DNA of 64,000 bases from Raillietiella orientalis (GCA_036172245.1 JAYWIR010000023.1:2976001-3040000); one strand, 5' to 3'; positions 50,090-62,600 are shown, numbered from the stretch's first letter. A program made the numbers and translations. The notes: a model not told the origin generated them from the letters alone.

Positions 50090-51049
50090 AAAAACAAACA
50101 AAATGCTAAGCATTCGTGCAAAGAAGTAGTAGGAGAGCATGGAAGCAAGACTGTAGTTATAAAATAGATCCACTTGATTCTGGTGTGTTGCATGAGGATC
50201 TTTCCTAGTAGTTTTCTTAATGTATCGGCAAACTCAGGGTACTTGTAGTTTTAACTGTAAGCTGTATTGCAGAAAGCAAAAAAATAAATAAATTAGACAT
50301 TCCTTATGAAGTTGATGAAAGTATGGATGCTCGCTATGGTGTGTTGAGATGAAATAACTGACCCATTTTCTTTTCGATTTTCCCAGATCGAGAAGACACG
50401 CACACTCGATCCCCGCCCTTCAAAAACGCGTTGACACGCCCGCGGCAGGATTCTCCGCAACGCACGCTTTATTCGTGCGTTTCGTTTAAAAGGGTGTGCA
50501 GCAGTCGCCGAAGATGGGAAATCCCGTTTTTGAGGTCAACATCCAGAAAACTTCGCTTCTGCTGCTTGGAATACAGCAGAACTACAAATGGTCAAGGACA
50601 TCTACCATTTTTCGAAAAGTGTGTGCTCGCCCTTGTGGTTTCCATTTTGGTGCTGACCGCACACGTGCGTGCTGTGTACAAGACAGTTCTGCAACCTAGT
50701 TTTTGGGACACCTTGTTTATTCATTCAAAAAGAATAGGCGATTACATTCTGGTCCAAACGCTTGGTATAATATGCAGCATGCTCGGTGTTTTACTTGTGA
50801 CGAGTGCAGCCTTTCGTGTCTTGGGTATTTCTCATTTAAAGTTTACTTGAACAGTCTAAGGAAAATGCCACGATTTTGCAACGATTCTCTCAGATGAAAG
50901 AGAAATGAGAAAGGAGCGTTCGTCAGAAGCTTCCAACAGAACACAAAATAATAAAGGCTTAAACTCCCATCCTGGAGATTTTTTTTTTTTTTTTTTAAAT
51001 GCCAAGATCCTTAACACTCATCGATCGCTTTACCAAGGACACCGAATGG

Positions 51050-51950
51050 GAGAAGCCTTCGAAAGATCAGGAGAAAATAGTCTTGCCTGAAGCATCAACA
51101 AGGAATTCTCTGGAAGATTAGGAAAGAAGCAAAGTAGAAATGGAAAAAATGAAGCTTGATAAATCTTTCAAGGAATTGGAAAAAGAACAAGAAATAACCA
51201 TGCAAATAAACGTTTATTTAGCTTATCGAATAGTGACGTCGGTAGCTATTGAAAAATCCAGCTGCTCCACGACACCTAAAAATGAAAACTGGAGGAAGCT
51301 CTCTGTGTGAGGGTAAACAACGTGAAGAATATCCAAGAAATAGGCTGCTGCATCTGTAATGGTTGCATCCAGGAGAGCACTTTTTGCTTTTGCTCTGAAT
51401 TATTTGGAAATAGGAATCGGAGACTTTGGATGGCTGGAGACTCGAAACTCAACTAAGCTCGACTAAGCAAACAGCAGTAAAACCTATTAGATCGCAAAAC
51501 AGCGACCATCTCTCGGCGTAGAAAAGAACTTCTATGGCAAGGATACCGAAATCATGTAAATTTTCTGGAACTTTCCTAAATCAAGCTTTTCCTTCACCTT
51601 TAACTCAAATATGAAATGAAGAAAAGTCCTAATCACTAAACACGCTAAATTTTCTACAGTGATGAAACCAGAAAAAGTGGATGCAGTACCAGCATTGATT
51701 ACTAGATGAGGCTGCATGCATCTATGAAAAACATTCGAAAATCCGTTGACCACTGATTTATGGAAATCGTCAACGGTCTTAGAAAGAAAAGAATCTGTGA
51801 TAAACGTGGAGTTGGATATCCCCAACCAGTTAAAAGCTGTGTGTTCTGAAAAAAACTACGATAATGCTGGGATATGGTTAGGAAAAAACATAAGACATTT
51901 GTGTATGGCGACGGGTTTCGTAGTTCACTGAACTTCGAAAGTGGGGTGTG
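51050..51950 (+). mobile_element. Possible decayed L1/Tx1-like ORF2 remnant
   Basis: Coiled-coil-like fragment, then MKPEKVDAVP (cf. K+PG.DG) and NAGIWLGKNIRHL (cf. YLGIxLxK); many stops. Confidence 0.25.
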
Positions 51951-52779
51951 ATCCTCCTCAGAAGATATCCTTACAGTTCAGCTTTAGGTGATCTTTGGGC
52001 AGGAACAAGGCGATCTTTTGTGTAATCTTCGTTCTGAGAATGTAGGAACAGATGTTTGCAAACATTTCCCCAAAGTTTGTTTACCTGCAACCAAGAATTT
52101 TTGTCTTGAGGCTCAGTAACAACTTCCAGCCTTCTTAGGACACTGGGTTTGCCAGCATTCGGTCGCATACAGAATGGCACATCATCACTGCTAGCAAATC
52201 TGGTTACATAGTGATTGCAATCCGGAATAATTTCCGTTTGTTAGGCGTTTTACGCTTCTTTGTCTCTTTGTTTCCCGTGAAAGTCAGTTAAATTTAGTCT
52301 GATGATCATTCCTTCCCCTTCTCACTCAGGACTTCTGCTTGATTAGGACAAGGTGTTCAATTGCGCTGAAACGCCCATATCGATGTTCCAAGGCTCCTTG
52401 TTGCCAAGGAATTGATAGCTGATTCGCACATCATCTCAAAACAAGCATTCGAATTGTGGAAGATTCAGGATGACATGGTCAAGAAAACCTATTAACGGAA
52501 GTACGCTGCTGTTGACAAAGATGAGGTTTCAATTTCTCAAAGTATACCTCCTTATGTGAGGTACCACAACTCATAATGACACAGGAAGTAAAGAGATCGG
52601 GATGGGCATGACAGATGAAACTAAAAAAAACGAAAAAAAAATTGTTGAAATTTACTATGACTGATTCGGCCTAGAGAACTCTGTTTTGTTTAAGGAAAGA
52701 GATGAAAGCAAACTGAACACCTTCTGTTTTCTTTGCGTGGTTTGCTTTGTTTGTGGAATAACTCTTAGATAAATGATGC

Positions 52780-53950
52780 TGCAAATGGCCGTAGCCTTTC
52801 CTGGATCCTGGAGCCGCTTCCTGGATTCATTCATGTTGCACGTGACATGATGCGCAGACGTGCTGCAAATCTGTTAGTTTGCCTTTCTTCAACTTTGGTC
52901 ATCTAGTATCAATCACTGGTATTTTAAAGACGAATTCAATCAATTAAAAATGAAGTAACGCCTTCAATGCTTTCTTCGATCTCCGCAGTGATCGTGCTTG
53001 TAGTTCAACTACTATCTCAATACCGAAAGTTAAACCGATCTCAATACCTCTTCAGCATCCACATACATTGCTTTCTATGAGATTTTTCCGTTTTGAATTC
53101 TACATCGGATACTCTACCATGCATTCTTGCTCCCGGTGAGTGCAGCGTCTCTCATCATCAGTGACATCTTCCGAGGTCAACGATATCATATTCTGCATTT
53201 CTAAGAGGAATCTTCATTTTGTCCGTGACCAACTAGTTTTCTGATCTCCTGTTCGTCCTTGGTGTCTCTCTAGACACGTCTGATTCATCAAATTTCCTTT
53301 CATGAACGGGGACATGAGCTGGTTTGCAATTTGAACTGTGTCTAGAGGAATTACGAGATTTTAGAATTTAGAGGTAAACTGTGTTGGAAATGAGAACGGA
53401 TTAGTTAATTTTGAATTTCACTGCAGGCCATCGATTTCTCTGGGGGAACTCAAATGACTCTTGGAAAGTTGCCAACTGCTTTGGGAACCAGCTGGTTCCG
53501 AATAAAATTTTCTCCCAGCACTTGCTTCCTCTTGAATTAAGGGAGATGAGTACGAGGTCGAGCAGTAGCCTCACTGTTACTCTGGACAGTCTCTATGTCA
53601 ATGTTGTGGTGTATGCGTGTGCACCCATTAGTGACTCTCTGAAAACATCTCAGAAGTGTTACTGAAAAAATCATAGATGATGGTAAGAACTCTCTGTAAA
53701 GATTACTAGGAAAAGCAGCAGAACTCTAGTTGCCTCACTGACGAATAGGATCGATTTCCTATCGTGCTACAGATCATTTTGGGGTGTACGGATCTCGTCT
53801 AAGATTTCATACTAGACAAGATGCAATGAAGCTTCGCGGCCTATGCTCCCAGGCATCTCGAATACTGCCACTGAGAACCAAGAGAGTAAGTAAAGGCCGT
53901 TCAAAATACCCACGAAGCTTATACTGATGCAACAATTTAAGATGGACTCT
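52780..53950 (-). mobile_element. Decayed non-LTR retrotransposon RT fragments (probably RLE clade), copy C
   Basis: Minus-strand fragments LRGYFERPLL / IRDAWEHRPRSFIA / LLLDLVLISLNSRG...W (cf. YADDLVL). Boundaries approximate. Confidence 0.45.
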
Positions 53951-54425
53951 TGAGGGCTTCACGGATATATAAGCTGGTCATTCATTGACGTGTTCCACTA
54001 GGAGTGTCAAGAAGTGTTGACTGCATTTTTTTTTCTTTTTCATTGGGGAGGGAGGGTCCCTCCGGAGAGAATGAAAAAAAAAAAAAAGTGTTGACTGCCT
54101 CGGGACTCCGAAACTCAGTTTCGACTTGCCAGAATATCTGTTGATAAAGATTATTGTCAGTTGGAAGTCCCCCTGAAGCCTCAACTTCCTCAGGACGACG
54201 GAAGAGGGAGACGCTAATGCTTAAGAAACATCAGCGTCTCTTCCTTCTAGGCAGTCCCTTTGGCTTTGTAAACTGAAAGAAGAGATCAAACAACGACAGT
54301 GGAAAGAAAACCTGGGTTTTCCGAAGGGTTGGTGCGAGACCTCTAGCCTTTGCACACTTCGGAGTGTCAGTTATGAAACTGCGTTTTGGCTGAAATGATA
54401 CATCTTTTGCATCTGAAATAAACGA

Positions 54426-54489
54426 TCCAAAGATCTTTTTTATGTTGACCTCCAGTAGCGACTTCTGAGACGTGATCATAGAAAAAAGA
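54426..54489 (-). pseudogene. Strongly decayed U2 snRNA 3' fragment at the 3' end of copy B
   Basis: ATAAAA|TCTTTTTTCTATG...TGGAGGTCAACATAAAAAAGATCTTTGGA resembles TCTGTTCTTATC...GGAGGACAA...GATTTTTGGA (stem IIb and Sm site) at about the right spacing. Confidence 0.4.
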
Positions 54490-56010
54490 TTTTATGCGGA
54501 GAATTTGAATGCAAGACTTCATGGAAGGAAGTTGCTTCCCTCCATTGAAAGACTTGCTGTGCATATGGAGCTTCTTAAATGCAGTGCATAAATGCTAGAG
54601 AAAACATGAGATCGATGTGCTATGAGTCATAAAAAGATTTTCCTCGAACCGAAACCTTGAAGTTCGTTCACCCCTGAGCGTACCAAAGGAACTGGATATG
54701 GATCTTTTTGCATACACTCTTCCGCGCCATGATAATCACAAACAAGAGAGGGTGCTCTCACTATCCACTGCTCCCTGAAATGTGAGAAGTTTCCAGTAAA
54801 CTGCTCCATCATAGAACTTTCAAGCCAATGCTTGTCAACTTAGGGAAGAGGAACCAGATGCAACTTTTTAAGTTAGCGTCTGCTCATCGAGAGGGTAATT
54901 CTCGGTTCGTAGAAGTGCATTATCCAGACACAATCAGGACTCCTTGAATCTCGAACTCGGATATTCTAGTCTCATTTTCCTCTTCTGAGGAATGATGGTG
55001 AGGCTAGTTCCTCTTGAGTCAGAGAGAGGTTGTGATGGGACTACTAGAAGGTTACCACTCTCTTTGTAGAAAAAAGGTGCTTCAGGTTCTTATTCGAGAA
55101 GCCACCCTTCCTAAGGAGTAAAGAATCAGGTGAAATGTGAATAGAGTAACGCTCAGAACAGATGTCGACCGTCTTTCAGGAAACAAGGATAGAGGAGTCA
55201 TGAGCTGCCTTCAGAACTATTCTCCTCAGCACGACAAGGGACTCCTATTTCATGGTTTCATCAGAACAATTCCATCCCACAACCATAGAGAAGAACTCAC
55301 TATGGGGGTTGAGTCAACAGTCAATGTGAATCCGTGGTGGTGCTTAGACTATCGATCTCCTCCTACCAATTCCAAACCTCATGTGGTGTGCTTTGAGAAG
55401 ACCACAAGGAGCAGATCTCAGGTATTCCTGAGCTGTTCACTGAGATGCCTATGGGAATAATCACAATACAGCAAGACTGCTTCTCCGTCTCTTCTGGACA
55501 CCGGAGTGGTCAAGAGGCTCGGATCGATGAAGTTGGTCCGAATGCCTCCATCCTTTGGAGCCACGTAGATTTGTCCACTGGTCTCTTTCGGCATGCATTT
55601 CGTGACTGCCGAACATTTCCTGCCACAAGCGGAACTTCTTGAATCCCGAACTAGGATTTTCTATTCCCACTTACCTCTTCCCTCTCTCCGAGTGGAAGTT
55701 GCTACACATTCCTCGAATACTGATCTACCTGGAGGGTGATTCTCTTCCTCTCCGCTATCAGTCTGACCTATTCATCTCCTGCTCCGTCTCCTTGGAGCAC
55801 TGGTTTGGAATCCATTCCAAACTGCGATAACGAATGATATGATTCACCCTCAAGACTCGTGGAACGAAGCACATGCCTCCGTACCATTCGGTTGCCGTCT
55901 GTTGCAGGAAGATAGGCCACGGTTCCTTGGCGCGGAGCCTTAGACTATGCGGGAAGTGTAGGGTGGCTTTTCGAAAAAGGTGTCTCCACTGATTGGGAGG
56001 GAGCAGCAAT
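54490..56010 (-). mobile_element. Utopia/NeSL-like RLE non-LTR retrotransposon remnant, copy B
   Basis: Ordered minus-strand fragments: RT (VGIENPSSGF), thumb MPKETSGQIYVAPKDGGI, C/H knuckle remnant, SPDCV (RLE PD), PVPLVRSG, and terminal SSIYALH (cf. SRDIYxEH). Confidence 0.6.
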
Positions 56011-56599
56011 GCAAAGTCTTAGTGGAGGGATGAGTAGTTCCGGAGGAAAGAGTGTATTTGCAGTACATTCCCTCCCTCTTGCTAACTGTGTCACGATGAC
56101 GTATCGGTGAGGTAATGCAGTTCGTCATGACGGTAGCAGCGGAATTTGAGTTCGAGGTTCAGGGGGGCGTGACTTCTACCTACTGCAAAGTACTCCGACT
56201 GTTTCCTGCGTCGGGCAGTACCGCGAGTCAGCACGCTTTGTGTCCGTTAGGGAAATTCAAGATTTGGGGACCATTGATTTTTCCATGCTGTGCCTCTTGA
56301 TCTCCAGCCTGTCCGAGCAACGACCAACGGAGACCGCGCCGGTCGCGCGCGTGTTTTTACCCGGTCACGCCGGGGCATTTATTTAGAAAATAAACTCACA
56401 AGACGGGAACCCGGTTCCCAAAAAAGAAGAAAAAGTAATTCAACGGGAATGACCACCGGTACGCAGGCCGTATTTTAGGGCGATCTGGAGGGTGGGAGGG
56501 GACAGTAAATTAATAAAGATTGGAAGGTAGGGAAAGGACAGGAGTCTTTGGTATGGAACGATCCTTCGTTTCTGAAACGGACTCTCTATGGTAGCTATC

Positions 56600-57783
56600 T
56601 CCCTGGAGACTTCTTGCTCCAAGTGAGGCCATCTCGCAGCCTCTGTCCTCATCAAGGCGGCTGCCATGTGGACGGCCTCCCTTCGCTGCGCCCGAGACTC
56701 CAGCACATGGCGGACTGCGACGATGGCGTGGCTGCAACAGGGCGTTGCTATCACCGCCTGCCGTGAGTCCAACTTGCATGAAGAAACGTGGCAGCATTTC
56801 TGCAAAGAAGTCCTCAGGATGGTGGAGCGTCGAAGAGAGTCTTCGCCAGATGTCCCCGAGGGCACCGCGGTCAATTAAGGGGTGCGGGAACGATTCCATT
56901 GCCCTGCACCTTGAGCAGCTTGGGGAGCATGTCCCCCGGAAACCAGGTGCCTGTGCTGGTTGCACCGGAAACCCCGTACAAAAACAGCAGAACATCTTGT
57001 TTCAATCTCAGTGGGAACACCGAAGTGTTCGTGCACTAAGGAGGGACCACGAATTCTTCGGGGGATATGCCAAGAAGGTCACTGTGGAGGGACTATTCTC
57101 CTCTGGGGGACTATTCTCCAGAGGAGGCGTGGTCCAGCTGCCTCCAGAAGGCAGAGTCGGAGATCGGTCCATTCCAGGGTGGCAAGTTTCTCTTGCCGGG
57201 ATGGGCCGCAGTGTGGAACGCGTTTTTGATTTTCTTCTTCCGCCTTCTAAGTTTTGTTTGCCCCCCATAGCATTAAAAGGCGGATGAAGGACCTCCTGAG
57301 AATCGCCCTTCAGGGCACAGGGAGGCCCGAGTCCACCTGAAGGACTTGTGCGCTCCGCGTCGGGACGGAGACCTCGGCCTTCTGACGCTGGAGTGCCTGG
57401 AGTAGCAGCTCCAGTGGAGGATGCTTGCCCTAGTAGCGAGGGTTGGGAGCACGAACTGGTGTGAGCCCGCACAATGCCTGGTCAAGCGAGCCATAGGCTA
57501 AGCAGGACTGTCTTCGTTCCTGGCACGGCTGCGCAGGCGCAACGTGTCCCGGAAGGGATGGAAGGGATGTGCATGACGATGAGAGCTGATGGGAAACCGC
57601 CTCGTGGCTAATTTTATCCGTCAGCCCAGTTCGTGAAACAAGAGAGTTACAGTGGGAAGTTTTTTTCTCCGTCGCGTCTTCATCCGAAGAATACAGCGTA
57701 GAGCTTCGGGATATTTGCGAAGCAGCCCTAGAGCCGACTGATCTGTATGTTGCTATGCAACGGAATGAAATCATGACATAAAA
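56600..57783 (+). mobile_element. Utopia-like RLE non-LTR retrotransposon remnant, copy D (plus strand)
   Basis: Ordered fragments: WQHFCKEV, SPGNQVPVLVAPETPYK (cf. PxNWRPIxLxxTxYK), GWAAVWNAF (cf. AWLDLxNAF), LCAPRRDGDLGL (thumb), KRVTVGSF, LRDICEA. Ends in ATAAAA directly joined to U2 sequence TCTGTTC. Confidence 0.65.
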
Positions 57784-57871
57784 TCTGTTCCTACCAGTTT
57801 TCTGTCTGATGCGACACCCATCTCGCGGCCAGCACATTCAACTACTAGTTTGGAAGTGGACGCGAGGCTTG
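57784..57871 (+). pseudogene. U2 snRNA fragment (5'- and 3'-truncated) starting at the Utopia target junction
   Basis: TCTGTTCCTACCAGTTTTCTGTCTGATGCGACACCCATCTCGCGGCCAGCACATTCAACTACTAGTTTGGAAGTGGACG; roughly three-quarters identical by eye to the minus-strand U2 copy. Confidence 0.75.
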
Positions 57872-57976
57872 GAGAGACTGTCTTTGTGCTAAAGGTGGGC
57901 CAAATCCTCTCCCGAGGGAATGCGGAACGTGGATCTCACTTTGCATTTGCCTTTCAGTTCTCCCGTAATGGGGAGT

Positions 57977-58126
57977 AGCGGGCCGATCCCGGGGATGCTG
58001 CAATACCGGGTCAACCCGTGACAGGAGAAGAGCAAGTTTCAAGCATCCCGTCCACTTCCAAAAAGTAGTTTAATATACTGGCTACCAGATAGGTGGCGTA
58101 TCACATATCAAGCTGATAAGAACAAA
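57977..58126 (-). pseudogene. U2 snRNA 3' portion (from ~nt 39 to the mature 3' end), mutated
   Basis: The minus strand reads TTTGTTCTTATCAGCTTGATATGTGATACG...TATATTAAACTACTTTTTGGAAG...CTTGCTC...TGTCACGGGTTGACCCGGTATTGCAGCATCCCCGGGATCGGCCC, matching U2 stem IIa, the Sm region and stem-loops III and IV. The 5' end and branch-recognition GTAGTA are absent. Confidence 0.92.
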
Positions 58127-58990
58127 TTTTATTGAATTAATCTTGTGGTACATAGCATTTATAAGCGCTAGTGGCTCGTCCTCATCTTCCTGTTCTTCCG
58201 ACGATCCTCTCATTTTAGAGTCTGCTTATTCCGGACTAGAGGTGCCATGCATTAACAAGTACTCAATGGGATCGCTTGAATCATCCAGTGGATGTCCCAG
58301 CTTATGCGCTCAATAAATGTCCCTGCTACTTATGCAGGAGGAAACTACCAGTTTCCTCATTTTGCTGGCATAGTTCCTGGGAACACCTGAAGTTCGCAGC
58401 CCACTGTCGTTTTGGGGATCCCACTATCCTAGTAGGTCAACCAGGAATGCATGTAGTGTGACCCTTCTGCTTGTCTGGTTTATCATTTGGAGAAGGTTCC
58501 GGTACTTATCTTCCTTCTCTTTGCACGTCTTGGTGAAGGCCTCTTCTCCGATTTCAAGTGGACAGGTGATGTCCACTATCACCTATCTTCCTTACTTTTC
58601 AAGGACCAGATCAGGCCTTAACGTAGAGTACACTCCAGGGACTCGATTCTGCACATCTAAAGACGTGGTAGCGAGACCGCATCTTTGGATCTACTGGGGC
58701 TTGCCTCACCTAATGATCTCCCGATTTCACGCTCAAGAGTTTTTCTTTTTAGACTGGATGGAGCGGCTGGCTAATTTACCGGAGCAGACAATCATTGCCT
58801 CCAGAACGAGTTGTCCGAACGAAAGAGGGAACGCTGCTTGAGTCTCAGTTGATTTCCTGTTCGAGTCCGTGGTCCAGTGAACGTGGGAGTGGCAATTCGG
58901 CAGAGGAGTTGGAAGTGTTCGAGTGACTGTCAAATTCGAAACCTTCGGAACAGGGTCGTCACTGTCAGCACGAGCCGTCTCGTCATTCTG
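58127..58990 (-). mobile_element. Utopia (U2-targeting, RLE) non-LTR retrotransposon, internally deleted, copy A
   Basis: Clear RLE domain VPGVYSTLRPDLVLEK*GR*VIVDITCPLEIGEEAF...KEDKY...AFLVDLLG*WDPQND...YASKMRKLVVSSCISSRDIY. The 3' UTR ends TCAATAAAA joined to U2. The pre-RT motif ASRSIQSKKKN...REI lies directly upstream of the RLE, so the RT is deleted. 5' boundary approximate. Confidence 0.88.
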
Positions 58991-59849
58991 TTATCATGCG
59001 CTCCTGTAGGTTTCCGAACTCGAGTGCTGCACTGTCCTAGAATTTGGCATTTTCAAAAGGCAAAGATCGATTTCTCCCTCCCTAAGCACGAAGTTCTTTT
59101 TGGCAGCTGGCTAGATCGCGCTCCTAGCGTGAGGAAAAAAGAGTGCAGAAAATTTGAGAATCTGCAGAAATGCACCTCGGGATCTTATTCCTTCGAATTT
59201 TTTTTTTTTTTCATCAGTGCGGGCTCACGCACGTATGCACGAAAGGAACTTCCCAGATTGCAGAATCCATGCCGGGACACGCATAAGAAAGCACGCACGC
59301 ACTTGCAAATGAAGGTATTCAATGGTTCGTTGCCATAAGGACCTAAGAGGTAGATTGAGCGGATAGCCGACACGTAAAGCGTAAAATGGGAAAGATAGAA
59401 CCGCGGGATTTTCCAATAGAGTAGCTACACGCATCAAGAGCCGCAATGAATCAGAAGGGTGGAAGTGGTTTATTTGGTTACAACAGCCTCTAGCGAGCAA
59501 TGTAACTGTTTATTATCAGAAACATGAGCCATACTTTATCTTACGTCAGTCATCCAATCAGGTATGATTGATAATTGCTCCAGAGGAACTAGATCATTGA
59601 GGAATGGAAGAGGGTAGGAATTCGGCTGCTCCATCATGCTGTAAGAGAAGCACATCAGACGTTTTGCAGCATTCTGTGCGTGGCTTCCATTCAGAAAGTT
59701 AAGATCATTTTAAGGTAGATACATATCGTTGGCGCAATTATAAACTGAGGTCTATCTGAGGAGACAAGCGTCTAAATTATCTTTGTTCCATTCCTTTTTT
59801 TTTTTCTAGTAGAACCTACTTCTCCCCTGATCTTTTTTTCATTCTGCTT

Positions 59850-60520
59850 CCCTCATCGGGTGACTGATGATAGGGAAATGAAAATGCAAGCGAGTTTTTC
59901 TAGAGCGGTTTGTTGAAGCCATAGAAAAACAAACAATAAACAACGTAATGGAGACTTTGTTTGCAAAAATAAGGCAACAGGGCAATTCCATTCAGTCTGC
60001 TTGCCTTTTCTACACAACAAGATGCCTTGCTCGAGGTGATCAAGCATGTGACCATCGCTTCTTGCTCGTTGGGGATCATGCAGAACTCGAAATTCGAATC
60101 AGTGGTGTTCGAAGAGTCCCAGGTGCTCATGAACATCTAACCTTATCCCACAAGAGCAGTTTTTTGTGGGCTTGGTTCGAGGAAATAGAAATTGCCAAAA
60201 ATAGACAAAGGGGTGTCAGTTCATAGACATTTGGTGATTCGTTTCCCTCCCCCTCGTGATTCGCAGCAATCCGTCTGGAAAGATTGTGGATGCTCTTTGC
60301 AGTTTCTTTCGATCCCTGCTCCGGAAAAAACGAGCAGGACAACTCATGATATCTGTGAATATGTTTGATCCACTTCACATTAAAGAATAAGGCACGAAAC
60401 GAACTCAGGAAATCCCGAAGTTCATCGGTTTTTATCGTTAGTTTTCCAGGAAGTTCACGGTGTTCGTGAGCATAGTGGTGAGTCTTCAGCATGCTGCAGT
60501 TCCCAGCAGCAGGCAATGAG
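59850..60520 (-). mobile_element. Decayed non-LTR RT fragment
   Basis: GNESPNVYELTPLCL (cf. PxNYRPISL) and downstream QGILLCRKGKQT; degraded. Confidence 0.3.
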
Positions 60521-61879
60521 AACAGCCGAGAAACCTTCTGAGCAACCTAATTCCTAGCCCTGGAGGATTTTAGAGCCTTTCCTTGAGAGCAGCTCGCAAA
60601 TTATCTAAAATTCACGTAAGGGCATTCCTTGTAGAGTCGAAGAAATTGGTAGGGTATCTGATGTCCATAGCTCCGTCACGGTGGTTCACAATCTTGCAAC
60701 TCTAACGCAAGAATCTTCGAATAACGAACGATCGGCGAAGAATCCCTACAAAGAAAAGAAAAAGAATGCTTCTCATTCCACGGAGCACTCCAAGAATGTG
60801 ACCTTGGAGAAGAGGACGCTCTGAAAAAGTTTTATCACGTAGCAGCAGTCAAGTTTAGAACGAAAAGACAACACGTACACACACACACGTGTGTCTACGT
60901 GTTGTGTGTACGTGATAAATGTGTGTCTACATTTTTTTTTTGTTGAATTCCAAGGTCCTTCAGCGAGTGGTAGATGCTGTGGCAATCGAAAATCTAGAGG
61001 AAATCAGATAGTCAGCTGATGCACCACAGAAGGTGACACTATTCCGGGAATTGCCACTAGACTGGACGCTGCCACCAAATCTCTTGCGTCCTTTGTATGG
61101 AAAAGGGTATATGACACGTACATTCCGAAAACAAGAAATCCCAAGCTGGAAAACGGAAATCGAAATCTGCAGACGACCTTGAATGGAATGAAAATCAAGC
61201 AAAGGACATGGACGCCGAAGAAAAGAAATCGGAAGAATATCAAAGAAGAAAAGCAAGAGAAACAAAGAGCAGACCAACGAAACATCAACGAGGCCGATAT
61301 ACGTGCGGGAATGCAAAAGACTGGCAACAACTTTGCATTGATGGGAATAGGTATGGGCTGTCCATTCTGTTAACAGAACAAAGACTGAACGAGCGTTCCT
61401 CAACTTTTTCATTGGCATTCTTCATGAAGTGCGCTTCTCGGCCAGCCAAACAGCCAGAGATCTGCCGAAATCTTCTACCGGTAAGCCGACTAATCTTCCA
61501 GAACGAAAGAGACCACACACGAAAGCTGACGTCCCTCCCAGACTTCGAAGCGGAAACAGCAGCTGCGGAGGCGGATGGATATTGGTGGACCGTTTGTTAA
61601 ACCTTTTACTGTTGAAGTTTTGCGGAAATGGTTCCCCGGGAATCCATGCGCACCAGTGAGCCGCGGAAGCTTGTTTGGCAGCAACCCACTACTCTGCTAG
61701 CGTGTGTAAGGAGATTTCCATTTCAAGCATCGTAGAAACATCCATCTAGTGATGTGGATAACAGGGTGGGGCATGGGAAAGTTCACAGCTTTCTTGTAAG
61801 AGTATAAAAGCAGAGAACACATGGGTTCTGTTTAAAACCCCAAATCAGCAAAGGATCGAAATTCCGAAAGATCATTAAA

Positions 61880-62600
61880 AAAATGAATATGTGTGTTTTT
61901 TATATATATTAATATTAACTTTGTACATGGATTACTGTGTGGATTAATATATACAATGAATATTATAATGCTTATTGTGTATATAAATACAAACATAAAC
62001 ATACATTATTAAACGAATTTATTTGAACATACAACAGTAACATATTTGTTTTAACATATTTGTTCATTAATATTTATTAACATACGTATTACTAATATGG
62101 ATCAATGTATTATTAATATACGTTCAAGATCAAGATGAATAAATCTACGTGTTTATTATATATATTAACATGTGTTTGTGAATAAAATATACATTAAACG
62201 AATATGTAAAAAAATAAAAGATAATAATGGCAATCAAAAAAAGGGGAAAAATTAAAAAAGAAAACAAATTAAAAGACCAAAGGAGGAAGTTTGTACTCCA
62301 CTCAATAAATGAAACTTTCGCAGCAAATGATGAATTCTATTTTCGGGATTTTAATCATTTGATAAATATACACCTTTGTGATTACATACTTACATATTCA
62401 TTTAATATACATTTATTTTGTAAGTAACATATTTAGCAAGCATATATTATATTTATTTTCACAATCTTTATAATATAAATGCATATTAATGAATATGTGT
62501 GTTACAATAAATTTGTAGATTAATCTGTATATAAATATATAATAGTCTACACATAGATATATGTATTCGTAAACATAATAAGCATATACATTTAGTTTTT
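61880..62600. repeat. Very AT-rich low-complexity tract with short repeats (e.g. TAACATATTT)
   Basis: Abrupt composition change; TAACATATTT recurs at ~62038, ~62052 and ~62424. Confidence 0.6.

Noticed and set aside
52030..52056. Possible fourth Utopia-U2 junction (minus strand AAACA|TCTGTTCCTAC)
   Set aside because: Similarity stops after ~11 nt and there is no Sm-site region at the expected distance.
59320..59355. Possible 5' half of U2 (GCCATAAGG on +, i.e. CCTTATGGC on -) upstream of Utopia copy A
   Set aside because: Only a 9-nt core matches; the flanking ATCGCTTCTCGG and GTGTAGTA are not recognisable.
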